Positions 14,071 through 25,773 of a stretch of DNA of 64,000 nt are shown here, piece by piece (positions within the stretch are counted from its first letter, which is position 1; every line of letters begins with the position of its first letter). The notes below the pieces were generated by a model that worked only from the letters and a program-made list of their open reading frames with translations, made no database searches and was not told the DNA's origin. The stretch is from Lophium mytilinum (taxonomy: Eukaryota), in NCBI GenBank assembly GCA_010093605.1, contig MU004188.1, forward strand, positions 1,305,673-1,369,672, written 5' to 3'. Both the position numbers and the translations under genes were made by a program.

Positions 14071-17000
14071 ATGTCCTCATTTCAGCTTCCCAAAGATACG
14101 TGGTGGTATACGCGTACAGACGATATTCTACGACCAGACGGCCAGATTGATGGTCAAGCGCGGACATGTCGCAGATGTCGCGTCTTCCGGCTTACAACCG
14201 CGAATGAATTCTACCGACATGACGCGGAGTGTGAGATTGCCGCGAGCAGGAGAGTTCCGGAAACCCTTCCAGTCCGCCCTGCTAAACCAGCCGAGGAGTG
14301 TGAGGAAGTAGATCCCCTGAATCATCTAAAGAGCGCAGTTGCAAAGGCCTCTCCTATCAGTTCTCCTATAGAAGACGAGAGTCGAACGATATGTCAGACA
14401 TGTGGGTTTCGTGGTAAATCGAGGAACGAGCTATTCCGGCATATCGCGGAGGGTCACGAAGGGAAAAATTGGATTGAACCGACGAGCAAGGCTTCAAGGA
14501 CGCCTCTCTTCACCAATTATGCCCGGGAAAAACTGGGATGTCCTTGCTGTGGGTTTAGTGGGAAATCGAGAGACGAGTCGCTCGACCACGTTGCTGAGTG
14601 CTTGGGAAGTAATTGGGATGTACTAGAGAGCGCAGTTCCAGAAATACCACTCGTCAGCTATGCGGATCCGGACCGTATAACGCAGCGTCACGAAGACGGT
14701 GGCTCCGCTTGACTAGACCGAACAACATGTCGCACTTGCGGCTTTCGAGCCAAATCGCGCAACGAGCTATTCTGCCACATTGCAGAATGCAAAGATAGCA
14801 GCCAAGAATCGACAGGTGGAGATCCGAAAACGTCATTAGCGCAAGCTTCACAGGATACAGGGACAGGTTCGCACTCGCCGTATGACAGGGAGCCAGTATG
14901 GGGGCCTCCAGAAAGAGCCATGGAAGATATTGAAGCAAAGAGAGCGGCGAGAGAAGCCTTGGATCCAAACCCAACGCCCTCCAGCCGCCCAACGCCACAC
15001 CTCGACGCCGTCTCAAATACCATAGGACTACTTAAGAAGACAGACCTCCATCGAAAGACGTCTTTCTCTAGTGAAAGTAACAGCGAGCCACCCATCACGC
15101 ACGGCTATAGAGTATGCAGGTTCTCCAGCATATCCAGAAATGTTCTCTTCCAATATCTGGAGATCGCTGGCCACGCAAGGGTCGAGTGCGTTTCGGAACC
15201 CTCAGATCATTATATCCTAGAGTATACTAAGTTCAATGAAAACTACTTCACTTATCTAGATAGTGCGAGCGTCGAGGAGATTTCTGACTTGCAATCGTCC
15301 TGGGCCTACGCATGTCAAAGGTGTTTCCAGAAGGGATTCGACGCCTATTACGACCATGACACGAGAGACGAGCATGTTAGAAAAGACCACGACTACCGTT
15401 GGGTTGAAGATGGTTTCGTAAAACGCTATCGTTGTAAGCCGTGCGGAGGTATCTTCGATGATGAGAGGGCCTTGCTGAAGCACACACGAGAGCACTGGCA
15501 TGGACCAGGTGGACTCACATACGAGGATCTGGAAAAGAGGCGAATTGATAGTGATTTTGAAGCATTTGGAAAAGGCGATCTACCAGTGGATATGCGGGAT
15601 GATGCGAGCTCTGTGGCGTCCGAAGCGTCCCACCATGCTCGTAAGTGGACCGATACCGAGTATGAGGCGAGACGCAAAGATGAAGATAGAGAGTGGTCAG
15701 TAAGCGTCCATTGCACAGTCCTCTTGGTGGAACAGCTGTCTAACGATCTATAGGAAGGCGAGAGTCCCTTGTGTTCAGACTGTAGGAGTCTCCGTATTCG
15801 ACGCAGTAATTTCCGGATGAAGAACGCGACTGACCGGCTGGGAACTGTGAAGCTCAATGTAACTCGGGCGCGAGATCGGACCACTTGTCCAATGTGTCGG
15901 CTGGTCTTGAAAGCGTTCGACGCCGAGAAGACAAAATCATAGTTCGGCAATAGCAAAGAGTCAATCGCCGTCTCCATGGAATACGTCAATGATGATTGGG
16001 AGTACGAAACGGACGATTCAGAAACGAGGACCGCCAATATCAGGCTCCAACATACCAACGAATCTCGCTAATGGCATATACTGATGTTGGGAAGGAGCTA
16101 GAGGCCCATTTAGTGCTGTTCGAGCCGTATCCTACGCCACAGCTTGGCCAGCCCATCAGAGCGAAGCAGACAAACGACTCTCTAGTACGGTATTGGTACA
16201 GGATATGCAAGAACCATCATGGGACACACTGTATCGGGCCGTACGCTGCGGATGCATTAGGTCTCGGGGACTACAATGATGCCAGGACAAAAATTGGTAA
16301 GGAAAGGATGTACGGATTCCCCGATATTGACCTGAAAGTCATTGACATTGAGAACGGCTGTATCACCAAACACTGTGGAGATGACGAATTTTGCGCTCTG
16401 AGCTATGCCTGGGGTCGCAATCCAGTACTAAGAGCCCTGAAAAGCAACATAGACTCCCTTAAGTCGTACAACGGTATCTTTGAACAAGAAAGGCCGGTAC
16501 CAAAGACTGTATTAGATGCAATGAATCTAGCAAGAACGCTAGGGTTTAGATATCTATGGGTGAGTATCTTCTTAACGCTTGAATCAAACACAGATCCGAA
16601 AAGGAAGCTAATTTTCGCATTGCAGGTAGATGCAATTTGTATTATCCAAGACGGCGAATATGATGTCAAAAACACTATTGAAAGGATGGACTTGAATTAC
16701 AGATACGCCCAACTCACCATCATCAACGCATCCGGGACTGAAGCCAACTCCGGGTTCTCACGCAGGCAAACGACAGACCCGTGTAAGTCATTGAAAAATT
16801 GAAGCCGGGACTGGAAGTCATGCTTGCAACTCCATTGGAAGACAGCTTGGAACATACCATATACGCATCTCGAGCTTGGACGTATGTCAAAAACCCACTC
16901 CACGCTCCAACGACAGGTATGAAATGATAATCTCAGATTCCAGGAGCGTCTGCTTGCATCACGGTGCGTAGTCCTCCTTGATGGCCGAACCTGATTCCAC

Positions 17001-18214
17001 TGCCGCAGGGGCTTCTTCACAGAAGACATCAACGTCGACGCGAAGGGCCGCCAGCACTCGCAGATGGAGATGTACAGACTCCCTATCGATCTACTCAATG
17101 AGTCGACTGGATACCGTTCGTTTGCGGTATGCGACGCCCATTCTCAACACATGAGGTCAGCTGACAAGAAACCTCCAGCGGACCGTCCAAGAATACTCAA
17201 ACGAAACCTGACCGACGAAAACGACGCCCTAAGTGGTTTCGCCGGCACCCAAAACGTACTCAACAGCAAAGTTTACTCATCGTTCTTCCAAAGCCTCCCC
17301 GCTGCGCAGCTCGACATCGCGCTACTCTGGCAGCCGGAGGGGCGGCTTCGGCGGCGAAAAGGCTTCCCGAGCTGGTCGTGGGCGGAATGGGAGGGCCACG
17401 TCTCCTTCGAGGCTATGCTGGACAATATGTGGTACAAGAAGCTACATCGATGGCTGCGTTTCCGCACTTTCGTCGTCTAATACCGGTTTTGCACTGTAAC
17501 CAAGCAGTGGAAGCCTGTCTGGAACGCAGAGGACCACAAAGCAGCGTGCCAGTACTACAAAGCTCCATACCTGTATGCCGGCTATGTCAAGGCAACTGAA
17601 GGTGTCACGGATCCGTATGGACGGTCGAACGAGTCGGTGCCCTGGCTGCCGAAGGAGTGGAGGACGCTGCCGTCGCCTCTGGACTACGAGATTGGAGTGC
17701 CGTCGGCTGCTCTGCTCGCGTTCTGGACGTATTGTACGAGTTTCCGGGTCGTGATCAACCCAGACCATCCAGTTCCTGAAAAAGACTCCCAAAGCGATGG
17801 AGATAAGCCTCCTGTAGCGGAATCCTCTTCAAATGGCAATGCAAAAACGCCAGCTGGGCTGCGATACTTTGATGTCCACGACTGCGACGGTAATATCTGC
17901 GGCTATCTGAACGTTGACCCCAGCCAGACCGTTCAGAGTGGAGATATTCTCGATGTGTTGGTACTGTGCGAGGCTGAACTCACGAAGATAGCGACGAGCT
18001 TGATGACCCTTGGCGTGTAGGATATGCGGTAGAACTGGAGCAGGAATGGAGCGCTGTGGTTGTCATGGCGGTGACGTGGCAAGACGGGGTTGCGGAGAGG
18101 GTCGCGCTGGGGAAAGTGATGAGAGCCGCGTTAGACAAAGGGGTAAGTGGCGGAGATGGGACCGGGGATTGGCAGAAAGCAGAAAAGGTGTGGAGGGAAG
18201 TGCTTCTGAGATAG
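14071..18214 (+). pseudogene. Disabled HET (heterokaryon incompatibility) domain gene with N-terminal tandem C2H2/C2HC-like zinc fingers
   Basis: HET motifs LKVIDI...FCALSYAWG...VPKTVLDAM...LGFRYLW/VDAICIIQD...MDLNYRYAQLTIINASG, RAWTFQERLL, RNLTDENDALSGFAG, LLWQP...FPSWSWAEW, C-terminal VMAVTW...AERVALG. In-frame stops at 14710, 15940, 16992 and 17478; frameshifts near 16050, 16770, 17200 and 17985. Confidence 0.88.
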
Positions 18215-18453
18215 TCGAAAGAACTGGAAATCTTGCTCGCCTGGAAGCACTCATGATACCAGAAAGACCGATTTTCCGCCAGCTATGCGCATTTCTTTGC
18301 CACTGTATGAGGTGCCCTAGTCCATCATCAGAGATAAGAAAGAAATACACAATTCTAGACAGCGTGAAATCTGGCATTGCTCGAGATGGGTCAGCATATC
18401 ATCAACAAAGGGATGAACTTCGTAACCCGACCGTATCGTCATATTCATGTATC

Positions 18454-20225
18454 TCATCGACCAATTTTCTTCGTGTCGGGGGTGTCGTACACCCCCTTCT
18501 CGGGCAACCAGTCAACAACGTCTTCGTTTACGTGCCACCCACCATCTGATCCGTTCGGTTGCGTCAAGCTATACCACGCTGACTTCCTCTGACCAGGAAT
18601 CGGGACCTTCCATCCCATGTGTATCCGCTTCCATTCAGGGATATCCTCACACCTCTTGAACACTTGGTTTTCTTGTGGGGGCCAGTCACCAACACTAGAT
18701 CCCGGTATCATATCCTCCTCCATCTCCATCGCTCGCCTCAAGGGGGGTGCCTCCATATCTGGAACCCAGATACCCTCCTGCGGACACCGTTCTAGTATCC
18801 AAAGCGCGCTTCGTCGTATGCGGCCATCGCGACATTTGAAAATGATCCAGTTCAGGGGGCGTATTATGCCTCCTTCCACGGACCAGGTGGGCGGCGACCG
18901 GCGTGCATTTGGCGTAGAAGGTTTAGAAGTGGCTTTGTAGAAAATGTCGGCACATGCATCGAGCATCTCAACGAATAAGGGCATAGAGTCATCCATGATG
19001 CTCTCTTGGGTGTACACGGAATGCAGCACTTTCGACGTAATACACAAGTGGTGAGCCCTGAGGAGCAGACACCCACGTGAATTGGCTTCCGTTGGGTGTT
19101 TGGAGACAAAAGCGGCAAAGGCTGTTCCCCAAGAGGAGAGGTGCTTCAGGAGGTTTTCGCGGGCTGCAATCTGTTCGAGCGGGATATGACCGTTGTCAAT
19201 GGGTCGGGCGAGGAAGCAACTGAAGCCTCCGTGTGTGACTTCTAATCCGTAGCGACTAGACCATGTGGGTTGTGAGAATGCAAGCTCGGAGCTCTCAAGG
19301 ATATACAGGGCTTGCGAAGCTTCCGAAAAGGATAAAAACGAGTATGTTGGGTGTGCGTTGGGGGTGTCTGCTGTAGGGAGCGTCTTCTGCTTCAGAGTCG
19401 GTACTCTCCCGATAACACCCTGAGATGCCATGATATCTAGACGGGTGAAAATAGGGAGCAAGTCTCTTTCTACGTCGTTTGTGAGGGGTGTATGTGACTG
19501 GATGTATATGATATCCTTCGCCGCCGCGTCCGGTTCGCTGGTGATGCTGTTGAGGATCTTGACGCATGCTGCGAGGTGGGCAAGGGCTCCTGGCGCGTTC
19601 CCTCCTAGCATTTCGAGACAACAGAAGAGCAAACCACACGTCAGGACTGCGGGAAGACATTGGCTCTTCTCCTGCTCCAGCTGAATACGCAGTGCTGTAA
19701 TAGCTTTGCTGTACTCGCCCTGAGCGTGTATACGCGCACTTGGCCAACGTGGCAGATTCCATGGGACATGCGTTCTCACAGCTTTGAATGACTCGTGCGA
19801 ACTCGCAACTGCTACGACGGCGTGTTTAACGGCAGGTATTGTGTGCGCGGCTTGGAGGACCTGCTTGCACCAAATCTTTTCGTCGAAGAAGCGGGAGAAC
19901 TCGGATGCAGATATGGAGCGAAAATAGTCGAAGAAACGCCGTTCTGTGTCGTTTTCGAATCCGTCGGACAGCTGATTTCGTGTCTGGGGTGCTACGAAGA
20001 CAACGAAAGGATTTTGAGTCTGGTAGCCATCACATATCCTGCCGGCTATCGCGCAACGGCGACAAGATGGCTTCTGCTCATCACACTTCACGCGTCGGGC
20101 TCTGCCAAGAACGTCAAAGGCTACTTTTATGCTTAACCTGGCTGTCTGCATGTGCCTGCATACCTGCAAGTGCCACAGCCCGTGCTGGCTTTCTTGTGGC
20201 TGACGCGAAACTTATTCCCTCCCAT
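18454..20225 (-). CDS. Zn(II)2Cys6 fungal transcription factor
   Basis: Exon 1 MGGNKFRVSHKKASTGCGTCR spliced (GTATGC...GGCAG) to ARRVKCDEQKPSCRRCAIAGRICDGY gives a six-Cys binuclear cluster. Followed by the typical ERRFFDYFR...W...VLQ...PAVKHAVVA domain. Confidence 0.92.
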
Positions 20226-20769
20226 CTCGAAAGATGGTTTATGGTGTATAGTGTTGGCTAGGTGGATGACCAACCTCACCTAAGCCCGCTCTATGCGAGG
20301 AACCCGATTTCTGAGGAATACAGACAGCTCAAGCAAAGAGAAATCGCGGTTTCAGAGGCCTAGGACCTGGATTTGCAACGGCAATTCGCGGAATCCTTCG
20401 CGCAAGATGGCTTCTAGGGACGGTGACGTGGAATTGGAGCCTATCAAGTAGACAAATGGGAACAAAAACGGGAAATGCGGTGACCTACTTGGCGTCAGCG
20501 ATTCTGAAGTCTTTATGTATGTAGTTAGTAGCGACATTCGGGGCCGGCGATCGTGCTGGGCGTGCTGGGGAGGGCGACAAGGCTGAGGAGAAGCTAAGGC
20601 TGCACCACGTTCCAAATCGGACCCAGCTCCTTGTCGCATTGGCCGCTTCGAGCGACCAACATTCAGGGGTCCTCTAACAACATTTTTGGGTTTTCAGCTG
20701 TGTTATCGTTGGAACTCTATTTTAAGGTGCGAGAAAGAGACGCTGTGAAAGACCTCGTGAATAGGGGTC

Positions 20770-21810
20770 CAATAGTAGATACCCTAATCTACAGTCCTAA
20801 GAAAAGAACATCGCCTACACCGTACGCTTCATAAGTCCAGGGGTACCTGAACAGCCCTCCTGCCCCTCAAAAAGAAACCCCAGCTCTATGAATATGCAGC
20901 CTATCGCGATTCACACATGAATCCCTCATCCAGTCTTACCTACTCCGATCTACAGTCCTTGGATTTTACATCCTACTCCCGACGCACTTCTTACCTCCCG
21001 GGGTATCTCAAACTCTTATCTACACCCCCAAATCCCCCGTGGTGAATCCACACTCTTATTTGAGTGTAAAAGACCTTGCCCTAATTTACACTCCCTAGAA
21101 ATTACATCCCTCTTCTCCTATTCTTATAAAACCCGGGAGCACCTTGCCCTCTCTTACACCGCCGCCAAACACATCTCTACTCCTCCTAATCTACACTCTA
21201 TTGTAAACTCGCACTATTTTCGTACTCTCAAAACCTAGGCCCTAATCCATACTTATTGGAAATAGCATCTCACGTCCTATTCTCCTGATACCCCCAGGAG
21301 CGCCATACACCCGCGCGTACCCCAGCAAAACTTAACACGATTTGCCCTAATCTTAGGTAAGTCGTAAATCTAAGCGGTAGCCAAGATGTTCAAAACCTTG
21401 CGCCAATTCATGGCTCTTGGAAATGACATCCTCCTCCCACTATCCTCGCCACCCCCAGGAGCCTCTCAAACCCGCCCCTAATACCGCAAAACCTTACCCT
21501 ACTTGCTCTTATATTAAGTGACTCGCGATTTCAACCTACATCTAGGATCTTAGAAGCCTTGTACTGAATCGCAGTTCTTGGAAATGACATCCTACTTTCT
21601 ACCAGTGTGATACGCCCAGGGGCGCCATACACCCGCCTCTACCCCCGCAGAACCTCACCCCACTTGCCTTCATATCAAGTCACTCGTGATTTCGACCTGT
21701 AACTGGGGTGTTGAAAGCCTCGTGCTAATTCACGGGTCCTGGAAATGACATTCTACTTTTTACAGCTGTGAAACGCCCAGGGGCACCATAGACCCGCTCC
21801 TATACCCCCA
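20770..21810. repeat. Degenerate tandem array, ~161-bp unit, about 6.5 copies
   Basis: Anchor GGAAATGACAT or variants at 20800, 20961, 21097, 21258, 21419, 21580 and 21741 (spacings 161, 136, 161, 161, 161, 161). Shared downstream motif CC(C/A)GG(G/A)G..C.TACACCCGC. Confidence 0.85.
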
Positions 21811-21819
21811 AAACGACGC

Positions 21820-22310
21820 CCGAAGAGGGCTAGAATAGAGGGTGGTTGTAAAGAGGAGAAGATTAGAAGGAAGAGGGGTATATATAGGGCCACACAGAGG
21901 GGTACGCAGAGGGGTACGCAGAGGGGGTAAAGAGGGGGTAAAGAGGGGGACATAGTGTAAGCTTCTAAGAGCCTAAACGTAGAGACTTATACAAGAACAT
22001 CTATACGTTTAGAGGATATATGTATTACTTTAAGAACTAGAAGAGGGTACGCTTCCGCTAGAAAGAGCAGAAGTCTACCCCTAGGAGGAGGTAAATGTTA
22101 GTAATTATAGAAGTTAGCACGCTCACGGGCCTCTCTAGGGACGCCGAGTGCACGCTTAGGGTATAGCATTACGTGTTGGCTTCTTACATTTAGGGCTCTT
22201 GTAAGGACAGAAGGAACGGGACGTGATGGTAGATTATTATATTCAGGACGGGGGCCACTCAGGGGCCATTGGGTATACAACTACATGCTAATCTACAAGT
22301 CCTAGCCACG
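21820..22310. repeat. RIP-like degenerate repeat/transposon relic including short 12-bp tandem units
   Basis: TpA-rich, CpA-poor appearance and no credible ORF. (GCAGAGGGGTAC)-like 12-mers at about 21890-21950. Confidence 0.5.
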
Positions 22311-22350
22311 TTCTCTCCCTAACAAGTACCGAAAGAGTCCTCCCCCCCCC

Positions 22351-24215
22351 CTACAACTTCCACAACTTAAGACCATCTTCTAACCTCTTCACGAGGCGTG
22401 GCTCGTCGGCCTCCTCCTCCTCCTCGTCGTCGTCAGAAGATCCATCAGAAGAGGCGTATGGGTACTTCTCGCCGGAACAAGTGGCGAGAACGTGTCCCGT
22501 AGGGTCAATGACCGCCGACGTGACGGGCTCTAGATGGACCAAAACCATTAGTATTAACAACACTTATTCAGGCAATGTTGTCGGAAGACGTACCGTTGTG
22601 TGCCTGGAATTGGCACGAAGGCAGCACCACCCCCCCGCTCCAGTGAGGATTGGTCCAAGATCTCACCACGCCGTCTATCCCTCCGCCCCACACGTCGTGA
22701 CCACTTGAGCAAGATGCAACATTGATGCCAAGACGCTGGTTTGTGTAGGCATTCCGGCCCTCCATGTACCCTAGTGAACGCGCTGTGACCCTAACATCGT
22801 ACATGTGTACGATGTTGCTCTGTCGCTCGGCGACGTAGAGGTACTTGGAACATGGAGACCATTCAAGGTCTGTGACCCCTCTTCCGTCGCTCTTGTCCTT
22901 ATGGTTGCCAGAAACCGAGAAGAAAGTGACCGGGAAACCGTCCCCCTCGTTGCTGTATAAGCCTACTTGGCGAGTGGTTGTGCCGAATGCGAGGACGCCG
23001 TCGTTGTTGGTGCGCATGGCAAACACGAGACCCTTGACGCCGACACCCTTCGCGGTCATGTTCTTGGTCTTGTGACGCTTCACGGGCTTGCCGTAACGGT
23101 TTATGTCGAAGATGGCGAGCGTGCTGTCAGCCCCTGCGACGAAGCGGGCTCCCGATTGCGTCCACGCGAGGCTGTATGGGCAGGTCCACTTTTCGGTGTT
23201 GGGGTCCACGAAGCGGTACGAGCCGTTCTGGACACTTGAAGGCCCTCCCCAGACGTTGATCAGACGGATAGTCTGGTCACGCACGCTGCACAGCATGACG
23301 TTTGTGGAGGCGTCGAGACCATGAAACCCCGGCGATAGTGCGAATGCGTATATTGACTCTGGCGCTTGGTATGATGCATACGGTGACAAATTGCGAACTT
23401 CCGTCGCCGCTAGGATATCCGCAGGACTGGTATCATGTAAGTAAAGATTGTTTGAGTTCCATAATGGAGAACTAGCTTACATGCTGTAGGTGCGCAGATT
23501 GTTGACCGTGTCGTTTGTTACCAACACACTGCTACTTGCGGCCCTAGTTCGGAGGTCAGCAGCGTGAGCAACAGTGAAAGCGAGGGAATTGAACATACCA
23601 TTGAGCGCCTTTGAAGTCGCAATACACCACGTCCGGGTCCTCAATGTAGTACTTTCCGTTCTTCCGCATCCATTGGGCAGCTCTCAAATGGACATTGCTT
23701 GACGCGATGCAGTTCGGATAGTTCGGAAGGGGCTTCGTAGGGTGGGTTGGTTCTTCTTCGTCCGCCTCAGTCATCATCTCATCCTTCTCGTCTTCGACGC
23801 CGTGCAGATAGTCTTCTTCGAGCTTGTTCAGATAGTCTTCTTCAAAGCTCTTTAAATAGTCATCCAAGTCATTCAAGCTCTGCTCTTGACCTTTGTCGTG
23901 CTCGTCCGCTTCAGCCATTACCTCGTCCTTTTCGTTCTCTTCCACATCAGCCATCATGTCGACCATCTCTTGCTCTTTCGGTTCATTCATCATCTCATGC
24001 GTGACTTTTTCTTCTGGCTCAGTGAATGGCGCGTCGTTCAAGGCCAGGCCTATCGCCGGAGGGACCTCGTCATTCTGTTGCTGTTCGCTATCCGTCGGTT
24101 CATTCATCATCTCATGCGTGCCTTTTTCTTCTGCATCGGTCAATGGCGCGTCGTTCAAGGTCAGGCCGATCGGTGGGGCAACCTCGTCCTTCTGCTGCTG
24201 CTGGGCGCTATCCAT
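22351..24215 (-). CDS. WD40 protein, TCAB1/WRAP53 (yeast Swt21)-like, with acidic duplicated N-terminus
   Basis: Motifs ESIYAFA...SVRDQTIRL, YSLAW...FVAG, RQVGLY, GVTDLEWSPCSKYLYVAERQS, YDVR, GRNAYTNQRLG, VLATCSG...GLKLWKL. Four exons joined by GT-AG introns near 23545-23598, 23429-23480 and 22532-22592. Confidence 0.8.
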
Positions 24216-24491
24216 TCTTAGTAGTGACGTTAGCTATGTGTTTTTGAGAGATCCAATGCGTCCAACTGAGTGGCTTCAAGGCGACTGGCGTGACGGCAGG
24301 CGTGACGGCGAACGTGACGACAGACGCTGTGACGGACGAAGGAGGAAGTTCAGAAAGTCGCGTCGTCCACAACATTTTAAGCCGCACAGCCCTACGCACA
24401 GACCATCAGTTCAGCACAGACCACTTCGACCCCAACACCAACCCGTCACCACCACCAGTCCGAATCATCTCTCCCAATTGCCTCCTTCGCA

Positions 24492-25412
24492 ATGCTGGAA
24501 CCGCACCGACCCCCGGCTTGGGTCGAATCCCCCTTCCTACGGTCCCTCCTGGTACTTCCCCTCCCTCCTCCAGCTCCCCATCCTCAATTCCCCCCACTAA
24601 CCCCCATCCCCCAGGCCGGCGGCCTCGCAGGCACCACCGTCGACCTCACCCTCTTCCCCCTCGACACCCTCAAAACGCGCCTCCAATCCTCCGCCGGCTT
24701 CTCCCGCTCCGGCGGCCTACGCGGCATCTACCGCGGCGTCGGCTCCGCCCTCGTCGGCTCCGCCCCAGGCGCCGCCCTCTTCTTCACCACCTACGACTCC
24801 ACCAAGCGCATCCTACTCACCCGAACGTCCCCCGGCAACGACGCCCTCGCGCACATGGCGGCCGCCTCGCTGGGCGAAGTAGCCGCCTGCGCCGTGCGCG
24901 TGCCGACCGAAGTCGTCAAGCAGCGCGCGCAGGCGCTGCAGCACCCGAGCAGCATGGCGGCGCTGACGCACATCCTCGGCCAGCGGCACGCGCGGGGCTA
25001 CGCGCACGTGTGGCGCGAGCTGTACCGCGGCTGGAGCATCACGGTGATGCGCGAGGTGCCCTTCACCATGATCCAGTTCCCGCTGTGGGAGGCGCTGAAG
25101 AGCTGGCGCGCGGCGCAGGCGGGGAAGCGGGGGGTCAGTGGGGCGGAGGGTGCGGTCTTTGGGAGCTTGGCGGGTGCGGTGGCGGCGGGGGTTACGACGC
25201 CGTTGGATGTGCTGAAGACGCGGATGATGCTGGCGAGTGAGAAGAGGCCGATGGGGGAGATGTTGAGGCAGATTGTGAGGGAGAGTGGGCCGCGGGCGTT
25301 CTTTGCGGGGATTGGGCCCAGGGTGTTTTGGATTAGTGCTGGTGGAGCGATATTCTTGGGGAGTTATCAGTGGGCGAGTAATGTGCTTGGGGGAGTGGGA
25401 GAGGAGCTGTGA
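24492..25412 (+). CDS. PET8: Mitochondrial S-adenosylmethionine carrier
   Basis: Three mitochondrial-carrier signatures ([33 protein letters not shown]) and SAM-carrier-like [14 protein letters not shown] and [17 protein letters not shown]. 63-nt intron at 24552-24614. Confidence 0.9.
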   Translation: MLEPHRPPAWVESPFLRSLLVLPLPPPAPHPQFPPLTPIPQAGGLAGTTVDLTLFPLDTLKTRLQSSAGFSRSGGLRGIYRGVGSALVGSAPGAALFFTTYDSTKRILLTRTSPGNDALAHMAAASLGEVAACAVRVPTEVVKQRAQALQHPSSMAALTHILGQRHARGYAHVWRELYRGWSITVMREVPFTMIQFPLWEALKSWRAAQAGKRGVSGAEGAVFGSLAGAVAAGVTTPLDVLKTRMMLASEKRPMGEMLRQIVRESGPRAFFAGIGPRVFWISAGGAIFLGSYQWASNVLGGVGEEL

Positions 25413-25773
25413 AGCATGAATGGAATGCCATGTTTGATTCGGAGTCGACATAGAGCAAGAGATGGACACAATTCAACACAAGAGCAAGAGACAGATACAA
25501 GAGGTGGAGCAGAGCACAGAGCTCATGCAGAAATGAACGTATTGAGTTACCGCCATGCACAACTAACCACCGGTGCTTGGATCCAATATCAACCAAGCCC
25601 CTCGACGTCTGAGCTTCCAAGGTATGTGTAAAATACAATGTACAGCCATCACCGCATCAAAATCGGCGTTATTGGGTCCCGAGTAGATATAGAATAGAGT
25701 ATTTGGATCCACTGTAACCTTTGTGCACCTCTCTTAAACAAAAGACATTATATACCGCGTCTAGATGGAGGCA

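Noticed and set aside
20770..21810. CRISPR-like or LRR/ankyrin-coding reading of the tandem array
   Set aside because: Eukaryotic context, whole units are homologous (no unique spacers), the period is not divisible by 3, and there is no ORF.
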